DNA of 29,367 bases from a virus (taxonomy: Duplodnaviria; Caudoviricetes), in the IMG/VR virus record IMGVR_UViG_3300020161_000820, positions 1 to 29,367 of that record. The stretch is one strand, 5' to 3'. The translations under genes and the position numbers were made by a program. Shown here piece by piece: positions 8,481-17,784 of this stretch. Every line of letters starts with the position of its first letter. The first letter of the stretch is position 1. The notes beneath the pieces are model-generated. The model searched no databases. It was not told the DNA's origin and saw only the letters and a list, made by a program, of their open reading frames with translations.

Positions 8481-8518
8481 CACCGAGGCGGATTGCTTGC
8501 GAGCAGTCCGTCTTCGTG
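8481..8518 (+). terminator. intergenic stem-loop, probable terminator
   Basis: GAGGCGGATTGCT-TGCG-AGCAGTCCGTCTT, 13 bp with G-U pairs, right after the 8467 stop; only a weak U-tract. Confidence 0.5.
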
Positions 8519-8525
8519 TCTCTGG

Positions 8526-8531
8526 TAAACT
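8526..8531 (+). promoter_or_regulatory. putative extended -10 (TGgTAAACT), leaderless start
   Basis: TAAACT-6 nt-ATG(8538). Confidence 0.55.
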
Positions 8532-8537
8532 GTATTA

Positions 8538-9815
8538 ATGCGTAAATCCCGATTGCGGATTACAAGTTGTTTTTTGTGGGTAATGCTCACATTCTTGGGG
8601 CTTTATCCGTCTTCTCCCGCTAAAGCCGAAAACCTAATAATCACAGAACCAACAGATGTTTGGTTTGATTACAGTGAGACAACACAATTTATAGCGCAAA
8701 CTTATATGATTACTGGGTATAACTCAGACCCAATGCTGTGGCTCTACAACGAAGCAGGTAATTTGCTTTACAGCATTGATGATTCCATTGGGCTGCAATC
8801 GTATATCTCCATGGAGGTACCTGCTGGTCGTTACAGACTGAGGGCTGGTATTTGCTGTGGAAACCCCAATGCTTGGCACACAAATGGAGGTTGGAACTTA
8901 CGGTACGAACTGGGCTTCAATGGCGCTGGGTCTACACAGACTACTTCTACAACATCTACGACATCTACCACCGTAGAACCAACCACAACGACTTCTACGT
9001 CTACGACTTCTACGACTTCTACGACCACTACGTCTACCACGACATCCACAACATCCACAACCACAACGACACTGGCACCAACCACAACCACGACATCTAC
9101 TACCACCACCGTTTTGATAACGACAACGACAACAGAGCCGCCAACAACAACAGTATTACCGACAAGTACAACATCTACAACCTCCACTACGGTTCCTGAA
9201 ACTACTACCACCTTATCACCTGTGACGAATACCACAAGTACCTCTACAACCACCACAATGGCTCCTGTGCCCACCACAACTACTACAAGCACCTCTACGA
9301 CCTCTACAGTGGCTCCTACGACCACTACAACTGAACCTGTACAAGAACTTGTACAAGTTGACCCAGAAGTGACCGCCTTGCTTGGCGCTATCAGTATGTT
9401 GCCTCAATCTGAGATTTCAGCGGCTGTGGATAATATTATTGAAGAAGGTGTTAGCGCTGATGAAGCAACCGCACTTGCTACCAACCCTGAAGTACTTCAG
9501 TCAGTTACTTCTGAACAAGCAGCAGAAATCTTTGATGCAGTTGAAGTATCTGACTTGTCTAATGCACAAGCCGAACAACTTGTTGAGGCTGTTCAAGGTG
9601 CCACAGAAGAAGTCCGAGCCGAATTTGAAGAGCAGATTAACGTGTTTGGTGGCAAATTTAATAAGTACGTGCCGATTGGCTCGGTGATTAACGTGGGTCA
9701 AAGAAAAGTATTAATTGCTGCAACTGGGGTATTATTTGTAGCACCAACAGTTTCTGTTTCTTCGTCTACCAGTGGTTCCCAGTCATCCGACAATAAATCC
9801 CGTGGAAAGAACTAA
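8538..9815 (+). CDS. exported Thr-rich (mucin-like) membrane-anchored protein
   Basis: Signal peptide ending AKA, PPC-like beta domain (DPMLWLY...DD...VPAGRYRL), Thr/Ser/Pro stalk of about 130 aa, acidic helical repeats, hydrophobic C-terminal segment. Confidence 0.75.
   Translation: MRKSRLRITSCFLWVMLTFLGLYPSSPAKAENLIITEPTDVWFDYSETTQFIAQTYMITGYNSDPMLWLYNEAGNLLYSIDDSIGLQSYISMEVPAGRYRLRAGICCGNPNAWHTNGGWNLRYELGFNGAGSTQTTSTTSTTSTTVEPTTTTSTSTTSTTSTTTTSTTTSTTSTTTTTLAPTTTTTSTTTTVLITTTTTEPPTTTVLPTSTTSTTSTTVPETTTTLSPVTNTTSTSTTTTMAPVPTTTTTSTSTTSTVAPTTTTTEPVQELVQVDPEVTALLGAISMLPQSEISAAVDNIIEEGVSADEATALATNPEVLQSVTSEQAAEIFDAVEVSDLSNAQAEQLVEAVQGATEEVRAEFEEQINVFGGKFNKYVPIGSVINVGQRKVLIAATGVLFVAPTVSVSSSTSGSQSSDNKSRGKN
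8932..9333 (+). repeat. ACN-codon low-complexity repeat encoding poly-Thr/Ser
   Basis: Imperfect tandem units such as ACGACTTCT/ACAACATCT encode TTSTTS. Confidence 0.9.
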
Positions 9816-9976
9816 TGAATAGATTTTTTGAAGAATTGCAAGGCTTGGCCTTTACTATCGCTGGCACAGGGCTAGTACTCATTACCCTGTCTGGACAAGT
9901 GCGCACCTATGGTCTTTGGATTAGCGGTGTTGCTTTGGGTGTTCATTTGATTGCAGCGTTTCTCAAGGACGATTGA
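9815..9976 (+). CDS. small two-TM membrane protein (53 aa, absent from ORF track)
   Basis: MNRFFEELQGLAFTIAGTGLVLITLSGQVRTYGLWISGVALGVHLIAAFLKDD; TAATG-coupled to the Thr-rich gene. Confidence 0.75.
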   Translation: MNRFFEELQGLAFTIAGTGLVLITLSGQVRTYGLWISGVALGVHLIAAFLKDD

Positions 9977-9983
9977 CCTGAAG

Positions 9984-9989
9984 TAGAAT
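9984..9989 (+). promoter_or_regulatory. putative -10 box TAGAAT, leaderless start
   Basis: TAGAAT-6 nt-ATG(9996). Confidence 0.55.
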
Positions 9990-9995
9990 AGTTAT

Positions 9996-10715
9996 ATGGC
10001 ACAATCAGTCCAAGCAGTTAATTACAGTTTAACCAGGGGTCTTCCTTGGGAACGTATCATCATCGTTAAAGACCGTCTTACTCATAGAGTTGTCAAACCT
10101 ACAGAATCATCGTCATTTGCAAAAACTGGTGATTTTTCTAAAGTAGAGATTACAACGGAAGTAACTAGTGAGAATGGTATTAAATTATCCCTCACAGCGG
10201 AAGAAACACAAGACCTTCCTCTTGGTGATTTAAAGTATGATGTTTTGGCTACTATCGCTGGAATCCAGCGTCCTGTATCAAAAGGTACAATTACTGTAAG
10301 CGCCCTTGACAACATCACCCCCATGGAGGATACACAGGCTATGGAAATCCGTTACAAGCAATACACGGACTACCGCCGTACCTTTACATGGAAAGACGCA
10401 GATGGGGTTGTTATCTATGTCCAGAGTGCATTCATGCAGGCTAAAACTGCTACTGGCACTACTGTTCTAGATTTACGTTGGTACTCAACTAAACCTTCAG
10501 AAAACACTGTAATTGCCTTGACTCCAGCCAGCAAACGTGGTTATTTGGCTCCAGCAACTGGAGCAACATTAGAAATGCACATTTCTAACACCAATAATGT
10601 TCCCGCAGGTTCTTATTCTTTTGATTTATTTGTACAAGATTCCGCAGGTGACTGGGATTGTTTGTCATCTGGAACTCTTGTAGTTGAAGCAGCGGTTTCG
10701 GCACCACCAGTATGA
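9996..10715 (+). CDS. virion structural/adaptor protein with two tandem BppU-like beta domains
   Basis: Internal duplication: IKLSLTAEETQDLPLGDLKYDV...GTITV versus LEMHISNTNNVPAGSYSFDL...GTLVV. Confidence 0.6.
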   Translation: MAQSVQAVNYSLTRGLPWERIIIVKDRLTHRVVKPTESSSFAKTGDFSKVEITTEVTSENGIKLSLTAEETQDLPLGDLKYDVLATIAGIQRPVSKGTITVSALDNITPMEDTQAMEIRYKQYTDYRRTFTWKDADGVVIYVQSAFMQAKTATGTTVLDLRWYSTKPSENTVIALTPASKRGYLAPATGATLEMHISNTNNVPAGSYSFDLFVQDSAGDWDCLSSGTLVVEAAVSAPPV

Positions 10716-11110
10716 GTACCGTAGAAGTTACTAGAGAAAACCGCAAATCGGTAGTTATTGCTTCTCCATCCCGAAATTCAGTAATTAATGTTAGTGAACC
10801 AGGTGCTGCTGGACCACCTAACGTCCTGTCTATTGGAACTGTCACTACTGGTGCAGCAGCGGTAACCATTACAGGAACTGCTCCTTCCCAAACCCTTGAT
10901 TTTGTTTTACCACCAGGTTCAGCATACGCACACAACCAAAGTGCATCAGCGTCTACGTGGACTATTACTCACAATTTGGGTTTTTTCCCGTCTGTGACTG
11001 TGGTTGACAGCGGCGGGACCACAGTCATAGGTGATGTATCATATATATCAGAGAACCAAGTTTCTATTACATTTTCCGCTGCTTTTGGTGGAAAAGCCTA
11101 CTTTTCCTAA
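10712..11110 (+). CDS. minor tail/fibre-associated protein
   Basis: LSIGTVTTG...ITGT....LDF.LP connector plus YAHNQ..ASTWTITHNLG..PSVTVVD module. Confidence 0.7.
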   Translation: MSTVEVTRENRKSVVIASPSRNSVINVSEPGAAGPPNVLSIGTVTTGAAAVTITGTAPSQTLDFVLPPGSAYAHNQSASASTWTITHNLGFFPSVTVVDSGGTTVIGDVSYISENQVSITFSAAFGGKAYFS

Positions 11111-11118
11111 GGATTTAA

Positions 11119-12366
11119 ATGTCAAAGTTTCTAAATAATGTTGACCTAAATGGTAATGAACTCCGCAATGCGGTTGTTCAAAACCTTGCATCAGGTCCTT
11201 CGGGAGTAAGCGCTAAGGCTGGTGGTGTCTATTTTGATACTACCTCAAATAGGCTTAAATACTATACAGGTGGTGCATGGGTAGAACTATCGTCTGGTGC
11301 TGCTGGTACTTGGCAACCTGCTGATGCTGACCTTACAGCCATTGCTGCCCTTACTGGTGTTAATGGTTTCCTTAAAACTAATGGTTCTGGTACATGGACA
11401 GTTGACACCACAACTTATTTAACATCCGCTACTGGCGTTACAACGGTCAATGGTTCTTCTGGTGCTATCACTAACGTTGCTAAGACAACTGACAAGTTAA
11501 GCGTTTTTGCGGCTACTACATCTGCTGAACTGGCTGGGGTCCTTTCTGATGAAACTGGCTCTGGTGCCCTTGTATTTGGTACAAGCCCTGCAATTACAAC
11601 TTCGCTTACTACAGCAAGTTCTTCATTTGACCTTATTAACACAAACGCTACAACGGTCAACTTTGCTGGTGCGGCTACCTCTCTTAACATCGGTAATGCC
11701 TCTGGAACAGTTACTATTGCAGGTAACCTAACCGTTGAAGGTACAACAACTACTATTAACTCAACAGTAGTCACCGTTGATGACATTACTTTTGTTTTAG
11801 GTGATGTTGCTTCCCCTACGGATTCTACAGCCAATGGTGGTGGTATTACCCTCAAAGGTGCTACCGATAAGACATGGAACTGGGTATCCAGTACAGCGGC
11901 ATGGACATCTTCTGAGCATATTGACCTTGCGGCAACCAAAGTCATCAAGATTGCTGGTACGCAGGTACTGTCGGCTACTCAGTACACGGGTAACTCAGCA
12001 ACCGCCACAACAGCAACCAACGTTACTGGTGGTGCCGCTGGTTCAATTGTTTACCAAACAGGTTCCGCTACAACTAGCACCCTTGCACTTGGCACTACAG
12101 GTTATGCCCTTATTGCTGGTGCATCTGCGCCTGTATGGACAAAGAAAAAACATGTTGAAACCCTTTCTACATCGGCTACATCATATGCCATTGCGCATGG
12201 CTTAGGTACAAACGATGTAATAGTCAATGTCTATGAAGTGTCTTCTGGAGAAGTTGTTTACGCTGACATTACCAACGTAAATGATGGTTCTTCTGTACCT
12301 ACCACTACTGTAAACTTTGCAGCAGCACCAACTGCTAACCAATACCGAGTAGTAATCTTGGCTTAG
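11119..12366 (+). CDS. tail fibre / minor tail protein
   Basis: Ala/Thr/Gly/Ser-rich; DADLTAIAAL, SDETGSGALVF, GNLTVEGTTTTINS and IAHGLGT motifs typical of phage fibres. Confidence 0.75.
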   Translation: MSKFLNNVDLNGNELRNAVVQNLASGPSGVSAKAGGVYFDTTSNRLKYYTGGAWVELSSGAAGTWQPADADLTAIAALTGVNGFLKTNGSGTWTVDTTTYLTSATGVTTVNGSSGAITNVAKTTDKLSVFAATTSAELAGVLSDETGSGALVFGTSPAITTSLTTASSSFDLINTNATTVNFAGAATSLNIGNASGTVTIAGNLTVEGTTTTINSTVVTVDDITFVLGDVASPTDSTANGGGITLKGATDKTWNWVSSTAAWTSSEHIDLAATKVIKIAGTQVLSATQYTGNSATATTATNVTGGAAGSIVYQTGSATTSTLALGTTGYALIAGASAPVWTKKKHVETLSTSATSYAIAHGLGTNDVIVNVYEVSSGEVVYADITNVNDGSSVPTTTVNFAAAPTANQYRVVILA

Positions 12367-12399
12367 GGTAGCCATGTGCTACCTTAGTAGAGGACTATT

Positions 12400-12822
12400 A
12401 TGGCTAACTTTCTAAAATCATTATTTGTCAAGGGCGTTGAAATTGACCCTGCGGGAGCGACTGGTCCACAAGCACTTGTTTTTAATGGTTCAAAGTTTGT
12501 ACCAACAACTATCACGTTAGAGGCTGGTGCAACAGTCAGTGTTGCTGACACCGCCCCAGTAGGTCCTGCTATTGGTGACCTTTGGTTTGAATCTGACACT
12601 GGTAAAACTTTTGTGTATTATGATTCTTCATGGGTTGAAGTTGGTGCACAGCCCTTAGGACAAATTGGACCTACTGGACCTACTGGACCGTCTGGTCCTT
12701 CGGGACCTTCGGGACCCACAGGCGCAACTGGTCCTTCAGGATTCTCTGTTGTAAACGTTGATGGTGGCTTACCTTCAACTAACTACGGCGGTATTATTAC
12801 ATTTGATGCAGGCGGTGTTTAA
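12400..12822 (+). CDS. short collagen-like fibre protein
   Basis: [19 protein letters not shown] module followed by (GPT/GPS)n; SD GAGGA. Confidence 0.75.
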   Translation: MANFLKSLFVKGVEIDPAGATGPQALVFNGSKFVPTTITLEAGATVSVADTAPVGPAIGDLWFESDTGKTFVYYDSSWVEVGAQPLGQIGPTGPTGPSGPSGPSGPTGATGPSGFSVVNVDGGLPSTNYGGIITFDAGGV

Positions 12823-13472
12823 TGGCTATTCAAATTCAACTCAGACGAGGCACTGCCGCAGAGTGGACGGCTGCAAACCCCACCCTTGCTGTAGGGGAAC
12901 TTGGTTCAGAAACTGATACAGGTAAGTTTAAGGTAGGCACTGGTAGTACTGCTTGGACTTCTCTTGCTTATAGTTCTGGTCCTCAAGGTGTCACTGGTGC
13001 AACGGGTCCTACTGGCCCTGTTGGTCCTACTGGCCCTACTGGAGTACAGGGAGTTTCTGGTGTTTCGGGAGTATCTGGTACCCCATCATCCGTAGTTGGA
13101 CCAACTGGACCTACGGGTGTTACTGGACCTACGGGTGTCACGGGACCTACGGGTCCTACGGGTCCGACTGGACCTCAAGGTGTTTCAGGTGTTATTGGCG
13201 CTACAGGTCCAGGTTCTTTTACTGTTCAAGCAACCGCTCCAACAAGTCCAGCCGCAAATGCTCTTTGGTACGACTCAAGTACGGGTATTACATACATTTA
13301 CTATGGTTCAGCATGGGTTCAAGTTGGTGGTGGCATTATGTCTCCATTACCAACTACTTCTACTAACCTTCCAGTAGCACCTTGGGCTGGTCAAATGGTA
13401 TTTGAAACAGATACAAACCTGCTTCGTATTTGGAACGGAACAGCATGGAAGACAGTGTTTAACGCTTCATAA
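12822..13472 (+). CDS. collagen-like fibre protein with Mtd (major tropism determinant) N-terminal domain
   Basis: [32 protein letters not shown]...W..L.Y, then Gly-X-Y repeats. Confidence 0.8.
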   Translation: MAIQIQLRRGTAAEWTAANPTLAVGELGSETDTGKFKVGTGSTAWTSLAYSSGPQGVTGATGPTGPVGPTGPTGVQGVSGVSGVSGTPSSVVGPTGPTGVTGPTGVTGPTGPTGPTGPQGVSGVIGATGPGSFTVQATAPTSPAANALWYDSSTGITYIYYGSAWVQVGGGIMSPLPTTSTNLPVAPWAGQMVFETDTNLLRIWNGTAWKTVFNAS

Positions 13473-14236
13473 TGCCTGCTATAACTTTTCCCGCTTCTCC
13501 ATATCAATACCAGATTTATACTGTCGGCCCTAAGAGTTGGCAGTGGGACGGTTCAGTTTGGTTGGATTATTACAACCAAGGTGCTGACACTGTTTACGGA
13601 ACTGGTGCTGACGGTGACGCAACATTAGATGGTACAACTACCATTTTAGGAATGGTTCCATCTTCAAACGTTTATTCCATGACATCAGACCTTTATTTTA
13701 ATGATTTAACATTAAGTAACAGCGTCCGTCTTGCTCCTAATGGTTACCGCATCTTTGTTAAGGGAACCTTACGTTTTGGTACAAGTTCCACTGTTGGCTT
13801 TACAACTGGATACGCAACTAGTGGCTCTATCTACCAAGGTGGAGCAGCCACCACATCAGTGACACATAGCCTTGGTGGCAATGCAACTGCAACCTATACA
13901 GCCACTGCACCAACTGCGGCATTAGGTGGCGCTAATTACTTTAAACAACCACTGCAAGCCATCACAGGATACTCTATAACAGCATCAGGAGGCCCTACAT
14001 GGCTTCGTGGAGGTGCAGGTAGTACTGCACAGCCAGGTGGGGGTATTGTTATCCTTGCGGCTCGTTACATCAGTGGTCCTGCTTCTGGAACTGGTTACAT
14101 TAAAGCACCAGCAACAGCCCCTGCTGGTGGTGGAGTCATTATTGTTGTTTCTTCCGCAAGCGCACTTCCTGCTACTGTTGCAACAGATGTAACTGGTGCA
14201 AACGCTGGAACTGTAAACTATATTCAGCAGGTTTAA
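13472..14236 (+). CDS. Gly-rich tail fibre/adhesin-like protein
   Basis: FPASP...YTVG.KSW.WDG..W N-module; YGTGADGD, L.PNGYRIFVKG and GGGIVIL motifs; paralogue of the next gene. Confidence 0.7.
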   Translation: MPAITFPASPYQYQIYTVGPKSWQWDGSVWLDYYNQGADTVYGTGADGDATLDGTTTILGMVPSSNVYSMTSDLYFNDLTLSNSVRLAPNGYRIFVKGTLRFGTSSTVGFTTGYATSGSIYQGGAATTSVTHSLGGNATATYTATAPTAALGGANYFKQPLQAITGYSITASGGPTWLRGGAGSTAQPGGGIVILAARYISGPASGTGYIKAPATAPAGGGVIIVVSSASALPATVATDVTGANAGTVNYIQQV

Positions 14237-14238
14237 CT

Positions 14239-16032
14239 ATGGCAATTTCAAGAATTGAGAACATTAATGTTCGTTCAGGAAATGATGCTGTTTATGGAAC
14301 AGGAGCCGATGGTGATGTAACCATCAGCGGAACCGTAACCCTTACTAGGGACATGTACTACAATAACCTGACTGTTCCTTTGGGGCATATCCTTCTTACC
14401 GCAGGATTTAAAGTATTTGTTAAAGGTACTGCAACCATCAATGGTGTCGTTGGTATTGGTGATGTCACTGGCAACACCGCTGGTTCTAGTAATGGAACAA
14501 TCAGTAGTTCAGCATCTGCTGTATCTTCGGGAAGCCTGTCTGGTCATACATCAGGTGCAATCACTTACCGACTAGGTGGACAAGGCGGTGGAAACACCGA
14601 CCCAAATGTCACCACACTTCCTACCTATCTCGTTAAGAACATTTCTTCAATGCTTGGTGGACTCGTTATTGATGCTACATATGCATCTTCACCACTTGCA
14701 TTAGCAGGAGGTTCTAAAGGAACTACGGGGGCAACTGGTGCCACAGGCGTTGGAGGAGCAACTGGACTTCCAGGAGCCACAGGACTTCCAGGAGCCACAG
14801 GTCTTCCAGGAGCCACAGGCGTTGTAGGTCCAACAGGTGTCCTTGGTGCGACAGGACTTACAGGTGCTACAGGTTTTGCTGGTGCAACTGGAGTTGTGGG
14901 TGGTCACCCTACTGATAGTGGAACAGTAGGTGCTGCTGGTGGTAGAGGAGCAAGTGGAGCGCAAGGTGCAAGTGGAGCGCAAGGTGCCTCAGGCGCACGA
15001 GGCGCAAGCGGTGCACAGGGAGGTGTAGGAGCATCTGGAGCATCTGGAGCAAGTGGTGCTTCAGGAGCAAGTGGTGCAACTGGTGTTGCAGGTGCTGGCG
15101 GTGCTGGAGGCACAGGTGGCGCAGGTGGACCAGTAGTTGCCATTATTGCCAAGTACATTACAGGAACTGGGACAGTGATGTCTCTTGCCATGTCAGGCGC
15201 TCTTGGTAGTGCCGCAGTTATGGGTGCAAGTGGAGCGCAAGGTGCAAGTGGTCTTACAGGTGCTACAGGTGTTACTGGTGCACAAGGTTCTACTGGTGCA
15301 ACTGGAACTACTGGCGCACAAGGTGCGGCTGGAGCAAGTGGCACAACAGGAGCCGCTGGAACTAAAGCACCCGACTTCACACATACCCCACACTCGGCTC
15401 AAGCAACACATCACCATGTTAACGGCGGGCACCACCATGTTAACGGTGGACACCACACGGTGCACCACACAACACACCACCATGTAAACCACACACATAC
15501 AGTAAACCCACACCACCATTGTTGTGCTGAACATAATGAAAAGTACGGACATTTTGGTGGACATACAGTTAACGGTGGGCACCATCATGTGGGGCACCAC
15601 CATACTGCTGATGGGCATACAGGACACCACACAAACCCACACCACCACACAAACCCACACCACCATGCCTCAAGCCATGCACACCATGTGCCTGGTGCAA
15701 CCCAGCACTATGTTGGAGGCGCTGGAGGAGCAGGCGGAGCGGGTGGCGCTGGAGGAGCAGGCGGAGCAGGTGGAGCGGGAGGCGCAGGTGGAACGGGAGG
15801 CGCAGGTGGAGCGGGAGGCGCAGGTGGAACGGGAGGCGCTGGAGGTTCTGGAGGCGCAGGCACACTAGGAGCAAGCGGCATAAGGGGCGGTGCTGGCGGT
15901 GGTGGTGCTATCCTTATATTGACAGAAAATACACCATCGGGATTGTCCTATGATGTACGCTCTGGTACTACAGCAGTATCTGATGTCTATTCGGCTTCTT
16001 CTGGAACTACTTATATCCTTCTTAACGCCTAA
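14239..16032 (+). CDS. Gly-rich fibre protein with Gly-X-Y tracts and a His-rich insert
   Basis: Shares YGTGADGD, DMYYNNLT, GFKVFVKG and GGG.I.I with the upstream gene; long GAT/GAS/GAQ and GAG/GGA repeats flank about 42 His. Confidence 0.8.
   Translation: MAISRIENINVRSGNDAVYGTGADGDVTISGTVTLTRDMYYNNLTVPLGHILLTAGFKVFVKGTATINGVVGIGDVTGNTAGSSNGTISSSASAVSSGSLSGHTSGAITYRLGGQGGGNTDPNVTTLPTYLVKNISSMLGGLVIDATYASSPLALAGGSKGTTGATGATGVGGATGLPGATGLPGATGLPGATGVVGPTGVLGATGLTGATGFAGATGVVGGHPTDSGTVGAAGGRGASGAQGASGAQGASGARGASGAQGGVGASGASGASGASGASGATGVAGAGGAGGTGGAGGPVVAIIAKYITGTGTVMSLAMSGALGSAAVMGASGAQGASGLTGATGVTGAQGSTGATGTTGAQGAAGASGTTGAAGTKAPDFTHTPHSAQATHHHVNGGHHHVNGGHHTVHHTTHHHVNHTHTVNPHHHCCAEHNEKYGHFGGHTVNGGHHHVGHHHTADGHTGHHTNPHHHTNPHHHASSHAHHVPGATQHYVGGAGGAGGAGGAGGAGGAGGAGGAGGTGGAGGAGGAGGTGGAGGSGGAGTLGASGIRGGAGGGGAILILTENTPSGLSYDVRSGTTAVSDVYSASSGTTYILLNA
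14719..15130 (+). repeat. Gly-X-Y coding tandem repeats (9/18-bp period)
   Basis: e.g. GGAGCCACAGGACTTCCA and GGAGCGCAAGGTGCAAGT units. Confidence 0.9.
15382..15711 (+). repeat. His-rich coding repeat
   Basis: CACCACCATGTTAACGGC/GGT and ACAAACCCACACCACCAC units encode HHHVNGG and TNPHHH. Confidence 0.9.
15715..15862 (+). repeat. (GGA/GGT peptide)n poly-Gly/Ala repeat
   Basis: GGAGGCGCAGGTGGAGCG/ACG 18-bp units. Confidence 0.9.
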
Positions 16033-16047
16033 CCCATTGGAGAAATA

Positions 16048-16275
16048 ATGGAATTCAACTTAACCCCTGAGCAAAAAATTGCCTCAATTAATGAGTCTAA
16101 AAAGCACATGCTGAATGAAGTTTTTGGCATTCTTGTAGGACTTGGTATTGACCCTGATGAGTTTGATGCAGCAACATGGGTTCCCGCAGAGCCACCAACA
16201 GGTAACGAAGCACGAGCAAAGTCATTGTTGATTAACATTGCTCGTGCAGAAGCAAAAATTGCTGAACTATCTTAA
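16048..16275 (+). CDS. small hypothetical protein (paralogue of 18541..18807)
   Basis: 75 aa, SD GGAGA; EQKI..IN, LGID...D.ATW, KIAEL. Confidence 0.75.
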   Translation: MEFNLTPEQKIASINESKKHMLNEVFGILVGLGIDPDEFDAATWVPAEPPTGNEARAKSLLINIARAEAKIAELS

Positions 16276-16287
16276 AAAGTTAAAAAA

Positions 16288-17784
16288 ATGGATAACAATT
16301 TGTCGTTTTGCATTGTCGGTTCAGGAACCGCTGGGCTAGTTTCTGCAATAATGCTGAGAAAAGCATTTGAAAACTCAGAAATTACAGTAATATCATCTTC
16401 CAAAATAGGAATTATTGGCGTTGGTGAAGGTTCTACGGAACATTGGCGTGAGTTCATGACCCACTGCGACATACCTACTGGTGAACTTATTGAAAACACC
16501 AGTGCAACCCACAAGTATGGTCTTCGCTTTGAGAATTGGACTACCCACACTCCCGATTACTTCCATAGCGTTGGTGAAGTAGACGAAATTTATGCTCACG
16601 GTTTATTTGCTACCTACGCTGGGTTTATTGACGCAGACAAACTTATTACTTCGCAGACTGCAAGCGTTGGTCTTGTCCAAAACAAAATTGGTAGACGCAA
16701 CATTCATATGACAACTAACCAGTTTCATTTTGATACTAACAAACTTAATGACTATTTGACTGGTCTTTGCTTTTCACGAAGAGTTAAGTTTATTGACGCT
16801 GAAGTTGATTCTATTGAACTTGACTCTGAAACTGGTGAAATATCTTCGGTAACAACAACCCACCAAGGAACTGTGTCTGCTGACTTCTGGATTGATGCCA
16901 GCGGGTTTTCTAGAGTATTGATGACAAAATTAGATAATACAGAGTGGGAGTCTTTTTCCCCTTACCTTCTTTGTGATTCCGCAATTGCATTTCCAACAGA
17001 GTCTGACCCTAATGGGCAAATACGTCCATACACTCGTGCTAGGGCAGCATCTTCTGGATGGGTGTTTGAAATACCAACACAAGAGCGCCGTGGAAATGGT
17101 TATATTTTCTCTTCTGCCCACACCACACCTGAGAAGGCTATTGAAGAGGTGGAAACAATGACTGGCTATAAAGTGCCAGAAAATCCTAAAACTTTTAAAT
17201 ATGATGCTGGATTCTTAAAAAAACAATGGGTTAAGAACTGTGTTTCTGTAGGACTTTCTTCATCATTTGTTGAACCTTTGGAAGCAACTAGTATTGGAAG
17301 CACTTTGGTTCAGTTAAAGATGCTTATTCAGAACGTTGCTTCATACACTAAAAAATCATCAAAAATGCAACTTGCATATAACAAAAGCATTACAGAAACT
17401 ATGCGCAACATACTTACAATGATTAGGTTGCATTATGTTTCTGACAGGCAGGATACTCAATTTTGGATTGACCAATCCAATATGCCTCTTAACCCAGAAC
17501 TTCAAGAATTAATTGATTTGTGGTCCGAAAAAGCGCCTTCTAGGTATGACCCATATCAACAACCTAACTTAATGTTTCATGCCCCTCATTTGGTACATGT
17601 TATGCAAGGTCAAGGATTACTGCCTAAAGAACCATCTTCTATTGCCCTTGATAGGCTCAACTTGCGACAAAAAGTAAATATGGGAATGGATAGCATCAAA
17701 AACTCTAGACATAACCATGAATTAATAGACCACAAACTTGGTTTATTAGAAATCAACCATCTAGATGAGGAATACAAGCAATGA
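16288..17784 (+). CDS. flavin-dependent halogenase, tryptophan halogenase (PrnA-like) family
   Basis: IVGSGTAG FAD motif, IGVGEGS, ATHKYGLRF (catalytic Lys position), FHFD, IDASGF, GWVFEIP (WxWxIP variant), FVEPLEATSI. Confidence 0.92.
   Translation: MDNNLSFCIVGSGTAGLVSAIMLRKAFENSEITVISSSKIGIIGVGEGSTEHWREFMTHCDIPTGELIENTSATHKYGLRFENWTTHTPDYFHSVGEVDEIYAHGLFATYAGFIDADKLITSQTASVGLVQNKIGRRNIHMTTNQFHFDTNKLNDYLTGLCFSRRVKFIDAEVDSIELDSETGEISSVTTTHQGTVSADFWIDASGFSRVLMTKLDNTEWESFSPYLLCDSAIAFPTESDPNGQIRPYTRARAASSGWVFEIPTQERRGNGYIFSSAHTTPEKAIEEVETMTGYKVPENPKTFKYDAGFLKKQWVKNCVSVGLSSSFVEPLEATSIGSTLVQLKMLIQNVASYTKKSSKMQLAYNKSITETMRNILTMIRLHYVSDRQDTQFWIDQSNMPLNPELQELIDLWSEKAPSRYDPYQQPNLMFHAPHLVHVMQGQGLLPKEPSSIALDRLNLRQKVNMGMDSIKNSRHNHELIDHKLGLLEINHLDEEYKQ

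Noticed and set aside
8831-9325. Val-rich 164-aa minus-strand ORF
   Set aside because: Antisense shadow of the poly-Thr codons.
12822-13472. Diversity-generating retroelement suggested by the Mtd N-terminal domain
   Set aside because: No reverse transcriptase and no TR/VR pair differing at adenines is visible in the window; this N-domain is common in fibres without DGRs.
14719-15862. CRISPR array or non-coding tandem repeats
   Set aside because: Repeat periods are multiples of 3, vary at third codon positions, lie in an open frame and have no unique spacers.
14904-15874. Pro/Ala-rich and Val/Cys-rich antisense or alternate-frame ORFs
   Set aside because: Shadows of the Gly-X-Y and His repeats; no start signals.
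16288-17784. Pyrrolnitrin or other secondary-metabolite cluster (prnA)
   Set aside because: No prnBCD, NRPS/PKS or flavin reductase nearby; the context is phage structural genes.
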